A stretch of DNA of 64,000 nt from Leptolyngbyaceae cyanobacterium. Lineage in GTDB: Bacteria; Cyanobacteriota; Cyanobacteriia; Phormidesmidales; Phormidesmidaceae. Below, piece by piece: positions 39,476-48,881 of the stretch. The notes under the pieces were generated by a model, which had not been told where the DNA came from, searched no databases, and was given only the letters and a program-made list of their open reading frames with translations. Each line of letters starts with the position of its first letter. Position 1 is the stretch's first letter. Both the position numbers and the translations under genes were made by a program. The stretch lies in assembly GCA_050331235.1 (NCBI GenBank), contig JBHJHA010000011.1, positions 126,032-190,031 of the forward strand, given 5' to 3'.

Positions 39476-40348
39476 CTAATAGTCTCGCTGTACGGCGCTT
39501 TCATGCCAGTGGCGTAACAGGCGATCGCTCAGCCAAGTCAGTCCGACGAAAATCATCACCCCCAGCACAGTGGTCATCCCCAAGGCGGCAAACATGCGAG
39601 GAATCTGGAGCTTGTAGCTTGACATCAAAATTTGGTAAGCAATACCCGACCGCGCGCCCCCAGTACCGGCGACAAACTCCGCCACCACCGCCCCAATCAA
39701 CGCGAGCCCGCCGCTGATCCGCAGCCCCCCGAGAAAGTAGGGCATCGCACTGGGCAGCCGGAGATAACACAGAGTTTGCCATCGCGACGCACCATAGAGA
39801 TGAAAGAGGTGCTTTAAATTGCGATCGGCACTGTTGAGCCCCAGCGTCGTGTTAGAAACAATGGGAAATAAAGCCACAATCCAAGCGCAAACCACTAGAG
39901 CTGCCAACGTATTGTTCTTGAACCAGATGATGATCAGAGGCGCGATCGCCACGATGGGAGTCGTTTGCAAAATCACCGCATAGGGAAAGAAGCTCCGCTC
40001 AATCCATTTGCTTTGGGCAAACACCACCGCCAGAAACACCCCCGATACGGTCGCCGCCAAGAACGCCAGAACCGTGATTTGTAGTGTGACCAGCAGTGAA
40101 GGGAACAGATCGGGCCATTCTTCAATGAGTGTGGTGAACACTAATATCGGCCCTGGTAGCAAATAGGGAGGCATCGCCAGCAGCCGCACCAGGGCTTCCC
40201 ATAGGATCAGTGCTAACACCCCCACCAGCAGCGGTGCCAGTACCTCAGGTTGCCACAACATTGACCATCCTGTCCGGGACTGCCCCTGGGCTGTCGGCTC
40301 AGGGCGCGGCAACGGTTTGACTAAGGGCGATCGCGGTTCTTTAAGCAT
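39476..40348 (-). CDS. NitT/TauT-type ABC transporter permease
   Basis: LQTTPIVAIAPLII, FPIVSNTTLGL and LALIGAVVAEFVAG. Start moved to the ATG at 40348. Confidence 0.92.
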   Translation of the reverse strand: MLKEPRSPLVKPLPRPEPTAQGQSRTGWSMLWQPEVLAPLLVGVLALILWEALVRLLAMPPYLLPGPILVFTTLIEEWPDLFPSLLVTLQITVLAFLAATVSGVFLAVVFAQSKWIERSFFPYAVILQTTPIVAIAPLIIIWFKNNTLAALVVCAWIVALFPIVSNTTLGLNSADRNLKHLFHLYGASRWQTLCYLRLPSAMPYFLGGLRISGGLALIGAVVAEFVAGTGGARSGIAYQILMSSYKLQIPRMFAALGMTTVLGVMIFVGLTWLSDRLLRHWHESAVQRDY

Positions 40349-40364
40349 AGAATTTTCCAAGGCG

Positions 40365-41159
40365 CTACTGAGATTGAGATAAGGGCGGTGCAGCATCCAC
40401 TTCACCCGCTGCCAGGTGCTGGGCAATGTCGCGGCAATACTGGTTGAACCGAGCCGACGTGCGAAAATCATCACTGCGGGGGTGCGGTTCGTTAATCGCC
40501 ACCTCAGCGATAACTCGCCCCGGCTGGGCGCCCATAACCACAACCCGGTTAGAGAGATAAACCGCTTCGTAGATGTTGTGAGTCACAAACATTACCGTCC
40601 AGTGATAGGTTTCCCAAAGGTGCAAAAGTTCGCGGTTAAGGCGACTGCGGCTCATCTCATCTAACGCGCCGAAGGGTTCATCCATCAGCAAGACATCGGG
40701 CTCCATTACCAGGGCCCGAGCGATGGAAACTCGCATCTTCATTCCCCCAGAAAGCTCTCGGGGATAGCTATGCTCAAACCCTTGTAACGTCACCAGATTG
40801 AGTGCCGATTGGATCCGGCTCCGGCTCCCTCTCAGGGATTGACCTTTCAGCTTGAGCGGCAAATGCACATTGTCTACCACAGTGGCCCACGGCATCAGCG
40901 CGGCATCTTGGAACACAAATGCCAAATCGCGATCGCCTGCCATTCCCGGCGTTTCAATATGGCCAGCACTGGGAGGCACCAATCCTGCAATCAGCTTGAG
41001 AATCGTGCTTTTGCCGCAGCCTGAGGGCCCCACAAGGCTGACAAATTCCCCTGGAGCAACCGCCAAATCAATAGTCTGCAAAGCCACGGTGCCACTGGCA
41101 TAAACCTTGCTGACCTGATGCAGCGCGATCGCGAGAGGCGGCACCAGTGTATCCATCAA
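40365..41159 (-). CDS. NitT/TauT-type ABC transporter ATP-binding protein
   Basis: [19 protein letters not shown] and [11 protein letters not shown]. Confidence 0.95.
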   Translation of the reverse strand: MMDTLVPPLAIALHQVSKVYASGTVALQTIDLAVAPGEFVSLVGPSGCGKSTILKLIAGLVPPSAGHIETPGMAGDRDLAFVFQDAALMPWATVVDNVHLPLKLKGQSLRGSRSRIQSALNLVTLQGFEHSYPRELSGGMKMRVSIARALVMEPDVLLMDEPFGALDEMSRSRLNRELLHLWETYHWTVMFVTHNIYEAVYLSNRVVVMGAQPGRVIAEVAINEPHPRSDDFRTSARFNQYCRDIAQHLAAGEVDAAPPLSQSQ

Positions 41160-41186
41160 TCATCCCCTCTCACAAAATCCCCTCGG

Positions 41187-42299
41187 TCAAGACTGATAGT
41201 AGTCGGGCCCTTTGTTTACAAAGTCCAGCGTAAAGGCCTGGCTATAGTCCACCTCAGCCTCCAGAACTTCCGCCTCTACTAGTTTGTCGTAAAAAGATTG
41301 CCAGCGCTCATCCGTCATACTGCCGATGCCCATCGACTCCGCATCGCCCGAAACCACGATGCCGTATTCCTTCATTTTCTCGATGCCGTAAGCAATTTGG
41401 TCATCTGACATCTCTGGATTGTCTTGTTTAATCAGCTCATTCCCCGGCGTCGGGTCATCATTTAGATAGCTGTACCAACCTTTGATTGATGCATCCACAA
41501 ATCGCTGCACTAAGTCGGGGTCATTATCTACCACCGCTCGCCGAGTCTCAATCGTCGTCGAGTAAGGATCGTAGCCATAGTCTGCCAGCAACAGCACAAC
41601 CGGCTCAAATCCCCCTTCCTTTTCAATGGCGAGGGGTTCAGAGCTGAGATAGCCTTGCTGTGCCGAAGTTTCATCCGCTAAGAAAGGACCTGGATTAAAG
41701 TTGTAGGGGCGCTTCATATCTTCGGTAAAGCCATACTTCGCCGCCAAGAACGGCCAGTAGGTAACGTTTGCCGCTGCGGAAATATAGATGGGCTTACCCC
41801 GCAAATCTTCTAGGGACTGAATCCCCTGATTGGGATGGGCCACCAAAATCTGTGGATCCTTCTGAAAGATCGAAGCCACAGTCACCTTGGGAATGCCTTC
41901 TTGCACCGCCTGGAGTGCATCGGAGCCGTAGCCCATAAAAAAGTCAACGCTCTCTCCCATGAGCAACTGGGTGCCGTTGACTTGGGGGCCGCCCATCTTG
42001 ATCGTGACCTCTAGACCATAGTCGGCGTAGATGCCGTTGGCGATCGCCTGATAAAACCCGCCGTGCTCGGCCTGAGCATACCAATTTGTCCCAAAGGTTA
42101 CCGCCTGCAAATCCCCCGTGCCAGTATCAGCCGTCGGTGCGGGGGCATCAGACTCGGAGGCCGTCGGCTCATTACTACTACCACAGGCAGCAATCAAACC
42201 AGTGCCCACGACCAGCGAGCCGTATTTAATCAACCGGCGGCGGCTAAACGATGGAGATTGCGGCATCCAAAACTGACTCAAGGCGCTCACCTCTTTCAA
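41187..42299 (-). CDS. NMT1/THI5-like ABC substrate-binding lipoprotein (Tat signal)
   Basis: SRRRLI twin-arginine motif, lipobox IAAC, FGTNWYAQAEHGGFYQA and GGPQVN. The start is uncertain. Confidence 0.9.
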   Translation of the reverse strand: MKEVSALSQFWMPQSPSFSRRRLIKYGSLVVGTGLIAACGSSNEPTASESDAPAPTADTGTGDLQAVTFGTNWYAQAEHGGFYQAIANGIYADYGLEVTIKMGGPQVNGTQLLMGESVDFFMGYGSDALQAVQEGIPKVTVASIFQKDPQILVAHPNQGIQSLEDLRGKPIYISAAANVTYWPFLAAKYGFTEDMKRPYNFNPGPFLADETSAQQGYLSSEPLAIEKEGGFEPVVLLLADYGYDPYSTTIETRRAVVDNDPDLVQRFVDASIKGWYSYLNDDPTPGNELIKQDNPEMSDDQIAYGIEKMKEYGIVVSGDAESMGIGSMTDERWQSFYDKLVEAEVLEAEVDYSQAFTLDFVNKGPDYYQS

Positions 42300-42368
42300 G
42301 CTGAAAAATCTGTCTGTAACGAAGCATTCCCATTGTGAATCAAAATTAGCGGGCAGTTCGGCAAAACC

Positions 42369-43352
42369 TTAACGTTGCAATAGACCAGCCTCAACTTGGG
42401 TTTGAACCCAGGCCACCACCTGCTCACCAAGCCTGATATTTTCCAGCCGATCAATTTCTCGGATGCCGGTAGGGCTAGTCACATTTACCTCGGTCAGGTA
42501 GCCACCAATGATATCGATGCCCACAAACATCAAACCGTCGCGCTGTAAGGCCGGGGCTAGCTGTGCTGCAATGTCGCGATCGCGGTCGGTGATCTCCACC
42601 TGGGCCACCCGGCCCCCCACTGCCATAATGCCCCGAAATTCACTTCCCGTAGGAATCCGATTGACCGCACCAATGGGAGCACCATTGAGCAAAATCACGC
42701 GTTTATCGCCCTCTTTGGCAGCGGGCAAATAGGTTTGAACCATTACGGGCTCTATGCCTTGGCGGGTGCTGATCTCAATCATGGAGTTGAGGTTGCGATC
42801 GCCCTGTTCTAAAAACAAAATGCCTTCTCCCGCTTTGCCCCCGAGCGGCTTGAGCACCGCGCGGCCCCAACGCTCCACCGTCTTTTGAATCACGGCCTTA
42901 TCACGGCTCACAATGGTTTCTGGAATCGCCTGGGTAAACTGAAGCGCATACATCTTCTCGTTCGCCACTCGAAGTCCCTGGGGAGAGTTCATCACCAGCG
43001 TCTTAGCCGGATCGACATAGTCCAAAATATACGTGGTGTATAAGTAGGGAATCGTCACCGGCGGATCGGTGCGCATCATCACTACATCCATCTCGTCTAA
43101 CGGCCGGTATACCAGTTCACCCAAACTGTACCAATCGGGCTCAGCTAGCCAGACGTTATTGCCGAGGGTTACAGGCTTCAGGGCAACTGATTGCATGCGC
43201 GCAAAGGCCCGCCCCGCTTCCACCCCAAGCCAGTCGGCCTGCGTCATCCACACTTCATGGCCCCCCTGCTGTGCGGCTTCCATCAATGCCACACTGGTAT
43301 CGTGTCCTGGATCAAGCCGGTGAATGGGATCAATAATAAACGCGAATTTCAC
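42369..43352 (-). CDS. gshB: Glutathione synthetase
   Basis: KFAFIIDPI..L...HDTS, MRTDPP, NEKM, KPLGGKAGEGI, GDKR, VGIDIIGGYLTEVNVTSPTG. Confidence 0.96.
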   Translation of the reverse strand: MKFAFIIDPIHRLDPGHDTSVALMEAAQQGGHEVWMTQADWLGVEAGRAFARMQSVALKPVTLGNNVWLAEPDWYSLGELVYRPLDEMDVVMMRTDPPVTIPYLYTTYILDYVDPAKTLVMNSPQGLRVANEKMYALQFTQAIPETIVSRDKAVIQKTVERWGRAVLKPLGGKAGEGILFLEQGDRNLNSMIEISTRQGIEPVMVQTYLPAAKEGDKRVILLNGAPIGAVNRIPTGSEFRGIMAVGGRVAQVEITDRDRDIAAQLAPALQRDGLMFVGIDIIGGYLTEVNVTSPTGIREIDRLENIRLGEQVVAWVQTQVEAGLLQR

Positions 43353-43470
43353 GATCAATGTCCTTTGCTAAGCCCTGCCCGATTGTGACATGTTTCGCAA
43401 AATGCGCGATCGCTGCCCCGCTCACCATTCATACTGCCAAAGTCACCCCAGCCCGCGATGACTCAGTCGC

Positions 43471-44307
43471 TTATTCATCTTCTGGCAGATACTTTTCCCA
43501 ACCGTGCTGGTGCACACAGTCCAAAAACTCATCGTAATTAGAAATCAGTTCTCGTAAAGAGAGAGTATTGATTTTTTTCGTCTTAGACTGGGCTTCTCGG
43601 TGCTCCAATCTTAGATAGCCCAAGAGTCGATCCACAGTCTTTTGGTGAGCGTCACCATCCATCAGGTCATCTTCGTAGATGACTGTTTCATAACCTTGAA
43701 AATGTTCTAGAACTTGATTTTCAGCTGCTTCCAAAACAAATCGTCTTTCGACCCAATGCACCAATTCCTGACAGTCAATAGTGAGTTCGAGATTAATCTT
43801 CGAGTTGTCATACTTGTGATAAATACTACGTCGCTTAGCGATAATATTTGACAGGGCATGGCTAATTTTGTTTTCCCTTTTTAGGTAAACAATTTTCCAG
43901 CCTTGAGCACACAGACTTTGTAAAAAATAAACGGGATCGACAGAACGTTGACGATCCTCCGTTAGGTGGTACAGCTTACTGTGAAAAATGAAATGCTTAG
44001 GGGAACATTTCGCCAATCCGCGAACAAAGGGAATCGGAAAGAGTACTTCTTCTTGAAACTCAGTGTTGAGTAGCTCACCATGTTCCTGAAAATGACCAGT
44101 TGAAGATAGTAAATTCTCCAGTAGGGTACTCCCCGTTCGTCCCTGGGCAAAAATAACCACCCGAATCTGATCATCTTTAAGCGATTTCGTAGTGTCAGCC
44201 CAATAGGCTGTCATTTCTACCAGACGGGAACGTTTACGCTTGAGATTTTGCTTCAGCTTTTGCTTCAACGCTGAGAAAGGAGACTGTGGTTTGATCGTCG
44301 TCGTCAT
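43471..44307 (-). CDS. Sulfotransferase (Stf0-like)
   Basis: 5'-PAPS loop QGRTGSTLL, GELLN, YLKREN....LS and IYEDDL; visibly more AT-rich than its neighbours. Confidence 0.75.
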   Translation of the reverse strand: MTTTIKPQSPFSALKQKLKQNLKRKRSRLVEMTAYWADTTKSLKDDQIRVVIFAQGRTGSTLLENLLSSTGHFQEHGELLNTEFQEEVLFPIPFVRGLAKCSPKHFIFHSKLYHLTEDRQRSVDPVYFLQSLCAQGWKIVYLKRENKISHALSNIIAKRRSIYHKYDNSKINLELTIDCQELVHWVERRFVLEAAENQVLEHFQGYETVIYEDDLMDGDAHQKTVDRLLGYLRLEHREAQSKTKKINTLSLRELISNYDEFLDCVHQHGWEKYLPEDE

Positions 44308-44614
44308 CGGTTTATTGGGCCATGGTTTAGAGGGAGTTTTGGTGTCACCAGTGACTCAGCGTCTCGGCTCTAGATGTCCGGCTTGAATAGCTTAAGATAG
44401 CTGAACCGCCACTTTAAGTCATCTGATTATTGCTGTAGATAGTCACCAAGAGGTTTCTGTTGAGGGCTTCTGTATCTTCTACATATGGATTTTCTAACCA
44501 TAAAGTTAAATACCGGAAATGTTACTCCTGAATTGTCATCAGACAGTCTTTTGAATTCAATGATACTTATCCGCCTTTTTACCTACAAATGTTGAGTGCT
44601 AGGTCCCAGCATGG

Positions 44615-45013
44615 CTACAGTTTTTCGCTGAGCGGAGGCAACTGATGAGCGGTGCGTTTGGTGTACCACCAATTTTGCTCTGCTGCTGGCAGGCGGGCAG
44701 TATAAAGCGTTGTCACAAAGGGGGTGCCGCGATCGCCCTGCCCTAAAATTTCCACATTGTACGAGGGAAAACGCCGCGTTGCCATATCGGGGACAAACCG
44801 CCGACCGATACGACGCCAGCTGGGTTCTTTGCTGCGCCACTGCAGGCGACAGCAGGGCCAAGGTAGCTGCTCGCGATCATACAGGCGGCAACAGGGACCA
44901 ATGACCCGATAGGTCAAATGCGCTCCAGGACTCTGAAAGATGTACCCAGAGGACCAAGGATGCACGGCGTTCTGAGGCAGAGGCGGTATCATCGAAATAG
45001 ACATTATGTCCAT
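44615..45013 (-). CDS. Conserved cyanobacterial hypothetical protein
   Basis: IGPCCRLYDREQLPWPCCRLQWRSKEPSWRRIG.RFV.D is a block I recognise from cyanobacterial hypothetical proteins. Confidence 0.7.
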   Translation of the reverse strand: MDIMSISMIPPLPQNAVHPWSSGYIFQSPGAHLTYRVIGPCCRLYDREQLPWPCCRLQWRSKEPSWRRIGRRFVPDMATRRFPSYNVEILGQGDRGTPFVTTLYTARLPAAEQNWWYTKRTAHQLPPLSEKL

Positions 45014-45040
45014 TTGTGAACGTCTTTTACGAGATCTATC

Positions 45041-45340
45041 ATGTCAGAACCCATTACCACTGCGGTGAGCGATCGCATCTGCAATCATATGAATAAGGAC
45101 CATGCTGATGCAGTCTTAATGTATGCCAAGGTTTACGGCCAGACAGAGTCAGCGACTTCAGCCACGATGCAGTCCATCGACTCTGAGGGAATGGATCTGA
45201 TGGCAACTGTTGATGGTAATCAGCAGCCGTTGAGAATCCCCTTTGATCACACATTGTCAAGCGCAAAGGAAGCCCACCATGTATTGGTTGAGATGTTAAA
45301 GCAGCCGGGCGCAACCGCCTCCTCTTCAAACGAAAGCTAA
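45041..45340 (+). CDS. DUF2470 domain protein (heme/GluTR-binding-like)
   Basis: SDRICNHMNKDHADAV, M.SID.EGMDL and RIPFDH.L......H..LVEM. Confidence 0.9.
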   Translation: MSEPITTAVSDRICNHMNKDHADAVLMYAKVYGQTESATSATMQSIDSEGMDLMATVDGNQQPLRIPFDHTLSSAKEAHHVLVEMLKQPGATASSSNES

Positions 45341-45456
45341 GTGCCTTCCCTGCTAGTTGCCCCAGACTTTCTGACACTACTTGACCATGGCCCAACACCA
45401 TGCGGTCTGTATTTGTATTCTCCGCCCAGAAATTTCATGAGAGGTCGCGTTTCCGG

Positions 45457-45699
45457 ATGACAGTCACAATTAAGTTTGTCCCCGATGACGTTACCGTCAA
45501 TGCTGAAGTCGGCGAGCCGCTCCTGCAGGTTGCTGAGCGCGCAGGTGTTACCATTCCAACGGGTTGCTTGATGGGGTCTTGTCATGCCTGCGAAGTCGAG
45601 ATCGACAGTCAAGCAGATCCCATTTGTGCTTGCATCAGCGCTGTGCCGGCGGGCAAATCGGAGCTTACCATCAACCTTTACGTCGACCCCACTTGGTAA
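45457..45699 (+). CDS. 2Fe-2S ferredoxin-like protein
   Basis: GCLMGSCHAC...ICAC; start placed at the ATG at 45457. Confidence 0.9.
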   Translation: MTVTIKFVPDDVTVNAEVGEPLLQVAERAGVTIPTGCLMGSCHACEVEIDSQADPICACISAVPAGKSELTINLYVDPTW

Positions 45700-45948
45700 T
45701 AGGTTGACTGCGCATCTTAGATCTTCAGGCAATCCATCGCCCAGGTTATCGGTACCGCTGGAGCGGGCACGCTATGGACAGGGTTCATGGTTAAGCCCCA
45801 GGGGATGTTACCTGCACCCGTTGGGGTACGGTTCTACCCACCTGTACGCTTAGCACTAATTGCTAAATTGATACCAACTGTTACGAAAGATATTGGCAGA
45901 TTTTTGTCAACGCAGTTAGTCTATCGCTAGCCGATTGAGGTAAGTATT

Positions 45949-46293
45949 GTGAACAACTCGTCAGGCCAAACTCCCGCCTTTTGGGAAGGCAATAAGGGCA
46001 GCAGCAACGCTCTGTTAGAGTACGTTCAAGCTATGTCTCCTGAAACCGTTGCACAGCTTTCTCGTCCTGTTTCCCAAGACGTGATGCAGGCGATGGAGCA
46101 CAACATCATTGGCTTATTGGGGGGTCTGCCCTCGCAGCATTTTGACATTTCGGTCACTACCAGCCGCGAGCATTTAGGCCGCCTCCTCGCTTCCGCCATG
46201 ATGAGCGGTTACTTTTTGAAGGGGGCAGAGCAGCGTCTCGCCTTTGAAGAGTCTATTGTCTCCGCCGGTTCCACCAGCGAAGAGGCAGAATAG
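45949..46293 (+). CDS. DUF760 domain protein
   Basis: LLEYVQAMSPETVAQLS, NIIGLLGGLP..F and LLASAMMSGYFL...EQR. Confidence 0.9.
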   Translation: MNNSSGQTPAFWEGNKGSSNALLEYVQAMSPETVAQLSRPVSQDVMQAMEHNIIGLLGGLPSQHFDISVTTSREHLGRLLASAMMSGYFLKGAEQRLAFEESIVSAGSTSEEAE

Positions 46294-46328
46294 GGTATGG
46301 TCTGTGAGAACGCGCAGACCTAGCCTCC

Positions 46329-47483
46329 GTGACTGAACCCTTTTTATCCGTAGATGGGCAACCAAATTGCCGCGATCGCTCGGCCGAGTCTTTGACAGCT
46401 CTGCCGAGCGATTTGCAGATGTCTATGCAGCGATCGCTGTTGGTGTGGTATGGCCAGCAGGGGCGACAGCTACCCTGGCGGAAAACCCGCGACCCCTACG
46501 CCATCTGGATCTCTGAAATCATGCTGCAGCAGACCCAGGTCAAAACCGTTTTGCCCTATTACAAACGGTGGTTACAGCGGTTTCCGACCGTTCAAGCATT
46601 AGCTCAAGCGGATCAGCAAACTGTGCTCAAAGCATGGGAAGGGTTGGGCTACTACGCCCGCGCCCGCAACCTGCACAGGGCCGCTCAAATTGTCGTTACA
46701 ACCTACCACGGCGAATTCCCGCAGGATTTCGATGCAGTGGTAGCCCTCCCCGGAATTGGTCGTACAACCGCTGGGGGAATTTTGAGTGCGGCATTTAACC
46801 AGGCCACGCCAATTTTAGATGGCAATGTCAAACGAGTATTGGCCCGATTAGTGGCATTACCCCAGCCTCCTCGCAAAGCCTTGCCCCAGCTTTGGTCTTT
46901 ATCAAGCGCGCTGCTGCCGGTAGACAATCCCCGCGATTTTAACCAGGCTCTAATGGATCTCGGGGCAACGGTGTGTACACGACATCGGCCCGCGTGCTTG
47001 GTTTGCCCTTGGCGATCGCCGTGCAAAGCGTACAATCAAAACGTTCAGTTGGAGATTCCCATGACCGAAGCCCGAGTCCCGCTGCCCCATAAGCTGATTG
47101 GTGTCGCTGTTGTGTGGAATGAGCAGGGCCAAATTTTGATTGACCGGCGACCCCAGCAGGGGCTACTCGGCGGCCTGTGGGAGTTTCCCGGTGGCAAGAT
47201 CGAACCCGATGAGACCGTGGAAGACTGCATCCGCCGTGAATTGCAAGAAGAACTGGCCATTGAGGTAGCGGTCGGCGATCGCCTGATCACAATTGACCAC
47301 ACCTATACCCACTTCAAGGTGACACTCAATGTTTTTCACTGTCGCCATGTGGGGGGCGATCCTCAGCCAATTGAGTGCGACGAGATTCGCTGGGTAGAGG
47401 TAGATGAATTGGAGCAGTACCCTTTTCCCAAGGCCAATAGCCAAATCATTGAGGCCATCAAGCAGCAGCGTTCAGCGAGTTAG
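46329..47483 (+). CDS. mutY: A/G-specific adenine glycosylase with C-terminal Nudix (MutT) domain
   Basis: LPWR, WISEIMLQQTQV, WEGLGYYARARN, LPGIGRTTA, DGNVKRV, Fe-S motif C-X6-C-X2-C-X5-C and a C-terminal Nudix box. Confidence 0.95.
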   Translation: MTEPFLSVDGQPNCRDRSAESLTALPSDLQMSMQRSLLVWYGQQGRQLPWRKTRDPYAIWISEIMLQQTQVKTVLPYYKRWLQRFPTVQALAQADQQTVLKAWEGLGYYARARNLHRAAQIVVTTYHGEFPQDFDAVVALPGIGRTTAGGILSAAFNQATPILDGNVKRVLARLVALPQPPRKALPQLWSLSSALLPVDNPRDFNQALMDLGATVCTRHRPACLVCPWRSPCKAYNQNVQLEIPMTEARVPLPHKLIGVAVVWNEQGQILIDRRPQQGLLGGLWEFPGGKIEPDETVEDCIRRELQEELAIEVAVGDRLITIDHTYTHFKVTLNVFHCRHVGGDPQPIECDEIRWVEVDELEQYPFPKANSQIIEAIKQQRSAS

Positions 47484-47554
47484 TCGCCCAGCGAGTCAGA
47501 GCAAGATTCATCACAGATGTGCCTTAGCGAAGTCTGTGATAAGTCAGCCTATTG

Positions 47555-48550
47555 CTACCAGGGATCTTCTAACAAGCTGTCGGGCAATTGGGCGGCGGCC
47601 CCTGGCTGGGCTTGCAACGCCTGTAGCACGGCGGCACTCAGGGTTTGTGTAATCAGTGCATAGCCTTGGGCACTGAGGTGAATGTGATCGCGGTATAAAG
47701 CTTCGGCATCGCCGGTATTTTGAAAGTCAGCCAGGAAATCGACGTAGGTAATTTGCTCGGTTTTCATAAATTGCGTGACGCGCTCCCGGGCGGTGATTTC
47801 GTAATCTCGGGAACCGGGCGGCACCACTTCCCGCAGGAGGGGCGTCATGGCGATGACTAGTTGGCAATTGGCTGTTTGCGTAATCTGATGGAGCTGGCGA
47901 ATGGCTTCTAGGTTTACGCCGACACGATCGCCCCCCTCCTGATGCACAGCTTCTAGTTCAGGAATGGGGGGCGACTTGAGTAGTCGGCTCAATAACTCGA
48001 CTATAGCCAAGGGGGGATACTTCTTGGGATAGGCGCGATCGCGACCGACCTGTAATGAAGTGGGAGCCGTGGCAAAAAGGTCGTCGGTATTGAGCAGGAG
48101 TACCACCATCTGAGCATCAAACGTGCCAAATTTTGCCAGGTAGGCCAGCTCATTCCGCGGTCCCCAAGAATTGGCCGACGCATTAAGTACTTCGACTTGC
48201 TGATAAGTATCTGGTATCGCCACCGTCAAACGTTTCTGCAGACGAGCAGACACAATCTCAGACTGGTCGGTCCACCAACCGCCATTGGCGATGGAGTCTC
48301 CCAAAAGCAGAATCCGCAAGGTATCAGCGGCAGGTTGGGGCGCGATTACATCTCCCCGCATGGAGTACTGATTGATTTCTAAGCGATTGCCAAAGCGCTT
48401 GGTGCGCTGGTTGGGAGCCAGTCGGTAACCCACCTGGGGATCAGCAACATACAGGGGAGGACGACCAAACCCAAAGAAAGCTCGCAGTGCGATTTCCAAT
48501 GCAGTCAGACTTAGAACAATCAGCCCTGCGATAATCAACGTGAGTTTCAC
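47555..48550 (-). CDS. SGNH/GDSL hydrolase family protein
   Basis: N-terminal TM helix, LLGDS, NASANSW, NTDD and RDHIH. Confidence 0.88.
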   Translation of the reverse strand: MKLTLIIAGLIVLSLTALEIALRAFFGFGRPPLYVADPQVGYRLAPNQRTKRFGNRLEINQYSMRGDVIAPQPAADTLRILLLGDSIANGGWWTDQSEIVSARLQKRLTVAIPDTYQQVEVLNASANSWGPRNELAYLAKFGTFDAQMVVLLLNTDDLFATAPTSLQVGRDRAYPKKYPPLAIVELLSRLLKSPPIPELEAVHQEGGDRVGVNLEAIRQLHQITQTANCQLVIAMTPLLREVVPPGSRDYEITARERVTQFMKTEQITYVDFLADFQNTGDAEALYRDHIHLSAQGYALITQTLSAAVLQALQAQPGAAAQLPDSLLEDPW

Positions 48551-48881
48551 CCGCGCCAGTCTCCCTGAGGTGCCTTAACAGTTTAGAGGATGCCCGATAG
48601 ACCTCAATAGTAGTCGCGCCCCTTCTCCCCAAAAAGTGTTCTGCAACTAGGTTGTCGCCAACATCGCCATTGCAGTCTGAGCATGCATTGAATGACGAGC
48701 GGTGTCGTCCACCGCAAACGAATCGCAGGCACCGTCGCACTATATTTTGTTTATATGATTCTTTAGCTGTGTGACTCATATCCGGAAATAACGCCCCTAA
48801 TTTCGCAAGGTCATCATTTTCCATGGTCATCTCGACGCTCTGGATTCCGGATTCCACAATGAGGTTCAAGGACTAATTGGC

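Noticed and set aside
43442..44360. GTCACC...TGACTCAG on both sides of the sulfotransferase as target-site repeats
   Set aside because: The matches are short and differently spaced, and no mobile element gene is present.
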